From: an uncultured bacterium
Lineage (GTDB): Bacteria; Babelota; Babeliae; Babelales; Babelaceae
Direction of reading: 5' to 3'
Length of the DNA stretch: 64,000 bases
NCBI GenBank assembly: GCA_963722385.1
Contig: CAVRKK010000001.1
Span: forward strand, 256,001-320,000
The notes beneath the pieces are model-generated. The model worked only from the letters and a program-made list of their open reading frames with translations, ran no database searches and was not told where the DNA came from. The position numbers and the translations under genes are program-made. Numbering within the stretch: position 1 is the first letter of the stretch; each line of letters starts with the position of its first letter. Positions 61,138 through 64,000 of this stretch are shown here, piece after piece.

Positions 61138-62241
61138 TTACGCCCATTGCCACAAGCCCATAAAATTCTGCTCGACTTTTCCTCTCAATTGTAAAGCAAA
61201 GAGCTGCTCATACAACTGATCAGGCGCTACATTCGCTTTCTCTAGCAACTCATCAAATGAGATCGGCTTTTGGCATAAATCCATGATAGCGACCAGTTCC
61301 GGTGGCACTATAGAGGGCTTGTCCTTTAAGAGCGGCTCAATTCGCTTGGTATCAAGAGGCACGTCGGGCTTTCCCAAAACCTGCGAGACATCCTCTGCGC
61401 ATGTAACCAAGTGCGCGCCCTCAGCAATAAGCGCATGGCAACCAGCACTCAGAACATCATCAATCGGGCCGGGAACCGCAAATACCTCACGGCCCTGCTC
61501 GAGCGCATAATGTGCAGTAATGAGCGCACCACTTCGTGCAGCTGCTTGCAAAACAATGCATCCCATGCTGAGACCAGCAATAACCCGGTTACGCGCAGGA
61601 AAATTTCCTGGTACAGGCTCAGCAAGCAGTGAAAATGGGCTTACGACCGCTCCGCCACGCTCGTATAAATTAGCAAACAGCGACTTGTTCTCAGCTGGGT
61701 AAGGCTTCAGCAGGCCAGAGCCGATGATCGCCATTGTAGATCCATGAGCCTCAAGTGCTATTTCATGAGCCATTCTATCGGCTCCGAGCGCACCACCGCT
61801 TACGATACACCATCCTTGGGCTACCAAGGGCATGAGCAATTTTCGAGCAAGCCGTCCGCAATAGGCGTTAGCTTGACGCGAACCAACGACTGCCAAACAT
61901 TGAGCAAATTCGGCTGGGTGCCTCCCAAGCCAGTACAATACAAGGGGCGGGAGATACGTATTTTTGAGCTGAAGTGGGTAATCTTGGTCAAAGGAACTTG
62001 TCCATGAAACATTGTGGCGGTCAATACGCGCCAATTCATCATCTAAAAGCCTTCTATCAGCAAGCCCTGCAACCAAGCGCTCAGCGCTTTGCAAGGAAAT
62101 ACCCAACCCCTGCAAGTCTCTAGCCCGTGCTTGATAAAGATCGCTCAGCGGATAATCGCCCAGCTTGGCCGCCAATTTTTCAACCATCGATGGCCCAACA
62201 TGCGTTATAAGAGAAAGATGCAACGCAACGCCACTGCTCAT
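61138..62241 (-). CDS. dprA: DNA-processing protein DprA
   Basis: AVVGSR, VSGGALGAD..AH, FPARNRVIAGLS, SGALITA, GREVFAVPG, C-terminal winged helix. Confidence 0.95.
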   Translation of the reverse strand: MSSGVALHLSLITHVGPSMVEKLAAKLGDYPLSDLYQARARDLQGLGISLQSAERLVAGLADRRLLDDELARIDRHNVSWTSSFDQDYPLQLKNTYLPPLVLYWLGRHPAEFAQCLAVVGSRQANAYCGRLARKLLMPLVAQGWCIVSGGALGADRMAHEIALEAHGSTMAIIGSGLLKPYPAENKSLFANLYERGGAVVSPFSLLAEPVPGNFPARNRVIAGLSMGCIVLQAAARSGALITAHYALEQGREVFAVPGPIDDVLSAGCHALIAEGAHLVTCAEDVSQVLGKPDVPLDTKRIEPLLKDKPSIVPPELVAIMDLCQKPISFDELLEKANVAPDQLYEQLFALQLRGKVEQNFMGLWQWA

Positions 62242-62251
62242 CACGAGCCTT

Positions 62252-64000
62252 TCATGATTCGGTTGGGCAGCCTTCGCCAGTTGCTTCCTGGCTACATACA
62301 ACAAGCGCGGTCAACTTTTGCCCTGAATCAAGCTTAATAAGTCTAACACCTTGTGCCTGCCTACCCATCGTACGGATCTCTTTGGGCAAGAGCCGAATAA
62401 TCTTACCTGAGGCCTCAATTAAAAGAACACTCGTTACGTCGTCAACCACCTTTAAGCCAATAACTTTACCGTTACGCTCATTGGTTGGAATTGTACGTAC
62501 GCCATAACCGCCCCGATGCGCAATACGGAAATCGCCTGCACGAACACGCTTGCCATAGCCACGCTCGGTGGCAAATAAGATATCTTTATCATCTGACACG
62601 ACTGCCATACCTACAACATAATCAGCATCACGTAGCTTAATACCGGTAACACCAGCAGCATTTCGTCCCATCGAGCGCACCTCTTTTTCATTAAAGCGAA
62701 TGCCTTGCCCTTCGGCTGTCGCGATAACAATCGAGTCCTCTCCCGAGCTTAACGAGCAGAACGTAAGCTGGTCGCCCTCGTTTATCGTTAAAGCGCGAAT
62801 GCCAGCCGAACGGATCTTCGCAAATAACTGAGCTTCGGTACGCTTAATAATGCCTTTTTTCGTGAGCATAACAAGATACTTGCCATCCAGGTCCCGGGTA
62901 CACAAGAGCTTAACAACATGCTCTTCAGGCAAAAGCGGAAGAAGGTTGACAAGCGCACGCCCTTTTGCCGTTCGCGACGCTTCCGGTACCTGAAAGACCG
63001 ATAAGCTGTAGACGCGGCCTTGGTTAGTGAAAAAGAGAAGCTCATCATGCGTTCGCGCCGAAAAGACATCCTGAACAACGTCTTCTGAATCTTCAAGATC
63101 ATGCATACCCATCTTGCCCTTGCCACCTCGGCGTTGGATGCCATAGACTGACAGTGAAACACGCTTGACATAACCTTTACGTGTCAGCGTAACAACAACA
63201 TCCTCATCCGGAATTAAGTCAATCTCACTCAAGAGATCTATAGGGCCTTCAAAACGCGTACGGCGCGCATCAGCATACTCTTGCCTAATAAGCGTAAGCT
63301 CTTTTTCAATTTCTGCTAAGAGTTGCGTACGGTCCCCAAGGATACCGGTCAGGAAAGCTATTGTCTTCTGTATTTCACGCATTTCTTCATGTATTTTTTC
63401 TTGCTCAAGAGCTGTTAACCGCTGCAGACGCATATCGAGGATGGCACGCCCTTGGTCATGACTTAAGCCAAAGTGCATATTAAGATTTTCAAGAGCCTCG
63501 TCTGGGGAGCTCGCCGCTTTAATCTGAGCAATAACCTCGTCAATCTTAGCTAAAGCTATGATAAAGCCCTGTAAAACATGCTCACGCGCCTGGGCTTTTT
63601 TTAGATCAAATTTTGTACGCTTATAAATAACATCTTCGCGGTGAAGAATAAACTGTCGGATAAGCTCGCGCAGGGTAAAAATGATCGGGCGATTATCAAG
63701 CAATGCCAACATTAAAATAGTAAATGTTGTTTGCAGATTTGTGTGCTTGTAAAGCAGATTAAGAATGAGCTGCGGTGACTCACCGCGCCGCAAATCAAAG
63801 ACTAAGCGCATTCCCCGCTTATCTGATTCATCCCGAATATTGGTAATACCTTCAATAACCTTATTACGTACCAGATCGGCAACTTTAACTGCTAGGTCAG
63901 CCTTGATAACCTGATAAGGCAGCTCGGTAATTACGAGAGCAGTGCCTTTGCTCGTTTCTTCGATATCAACAACGCCGCGGACAACACAACTGCCGCGCCC
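62252..64000 (-). CDS. gyrA: DNA gyrase subunit A (5' part beyond window)
   Basis: AILDMRLQRLT.LE, GyrA-box QRRGGKG, beta-pinwheel repeats; frame open to the window edge. Confidence 0.96.
   Translation of the reverse strand, partial: GRGSCVVRGVVDIEETSKGTALVITELPYQVIKADLAVKVADLVRNKVIEGITNIRDESDKRGMRLVFDLRRGESPQLILNLLYKHTNLQTTFTILMLALLDNRPIIFTLRELIRQFILHREDVIYKRTKFDLKKAQAREHVLQGFIIALAKIDEVIAQIKAASSPDEALENLNMHFGLSHDQGRAILDMRLQRLTALEQEKIHEEMREIQKTIAFLTGILGDRTQLLAEIEKELTLIRQEYADARRTRFEGPIDLLSEIDLIPDEDVVVTLTRKGYVKRVSLSVYGIQRRGGKGKMGMHDLEDSEDVVQDVFSARTHDELLFFTNQGRVYSLSVFQVPEASRTAKGRALVNLLPLLPEEHVVKLLCTRDLDGKYLVMLTKKGIIKRTEAQLFAKIRSAGIRALTINEGDQLTFCSLSSGEDSIVIATAEGQGIRFNEKEVRSMGRNAAGVTGIKLRDADYVVGMAVVSDDKDILFATERGYGKRVRAGDFRIAHRGGYGVRTIPTNERNGKVIGLKVVDDVTSVLLIEASGKIIRLLPKEIRTMGRQAQGVRLIKLDSGQKLTALVVCSQEATGEGCPTES

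Noticed and set aside
1..64000. CRISPR array, cas genes or rRNA
   Set aside because: No regularly spaced repeats, cas motifs or rRNA-like sequence seen.

Overview
Bacterial chromosomal window, most consistent with a reduced-genome intracellular bacterium of the Ca. Dependentiae/Babelota (TM6) type. This is inferred from the many signal-peptide ankyrin proteins, DUF2608, SpoVG and Cys-rich outer-membrane proteins, not from a database match. The right end (49.5-64 kb) is mostly core genome: tRNA-Gln, spoVG, rsmH, murF, uppP, acpP, gltX, rpmF, dprA, gyrA. The first 49 kb mixes housekeeping genes (PMM/PGM, uvrA, pyrG, mpg) with an accessory landscape: secreted ankyrin proteins ending in an F-box-like motif, a BlaI/BlaR1-like module with two visible operators, a decayed group II intron RT, an internally deleted IscB/omega-RNA element, and many pseudogenes. 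The most notable observations are four. (1) An ~8.5 kb island at tRNA-Gln (40949-49463) whose large serine recombinase appears split by its own att site, with the missing C-terminus in frame at the far island end. (2) An unannotated ~345 nt multi-helix RNA-like structure at 58027-58369. (3) An RNase HII lacking the ribonucleotide-recognition GRG and Tyr. (4) A 'signal peptide + Met-Glu' effector signature. All calls come from reading the sequence and the supplied ORF track; no searches were run.
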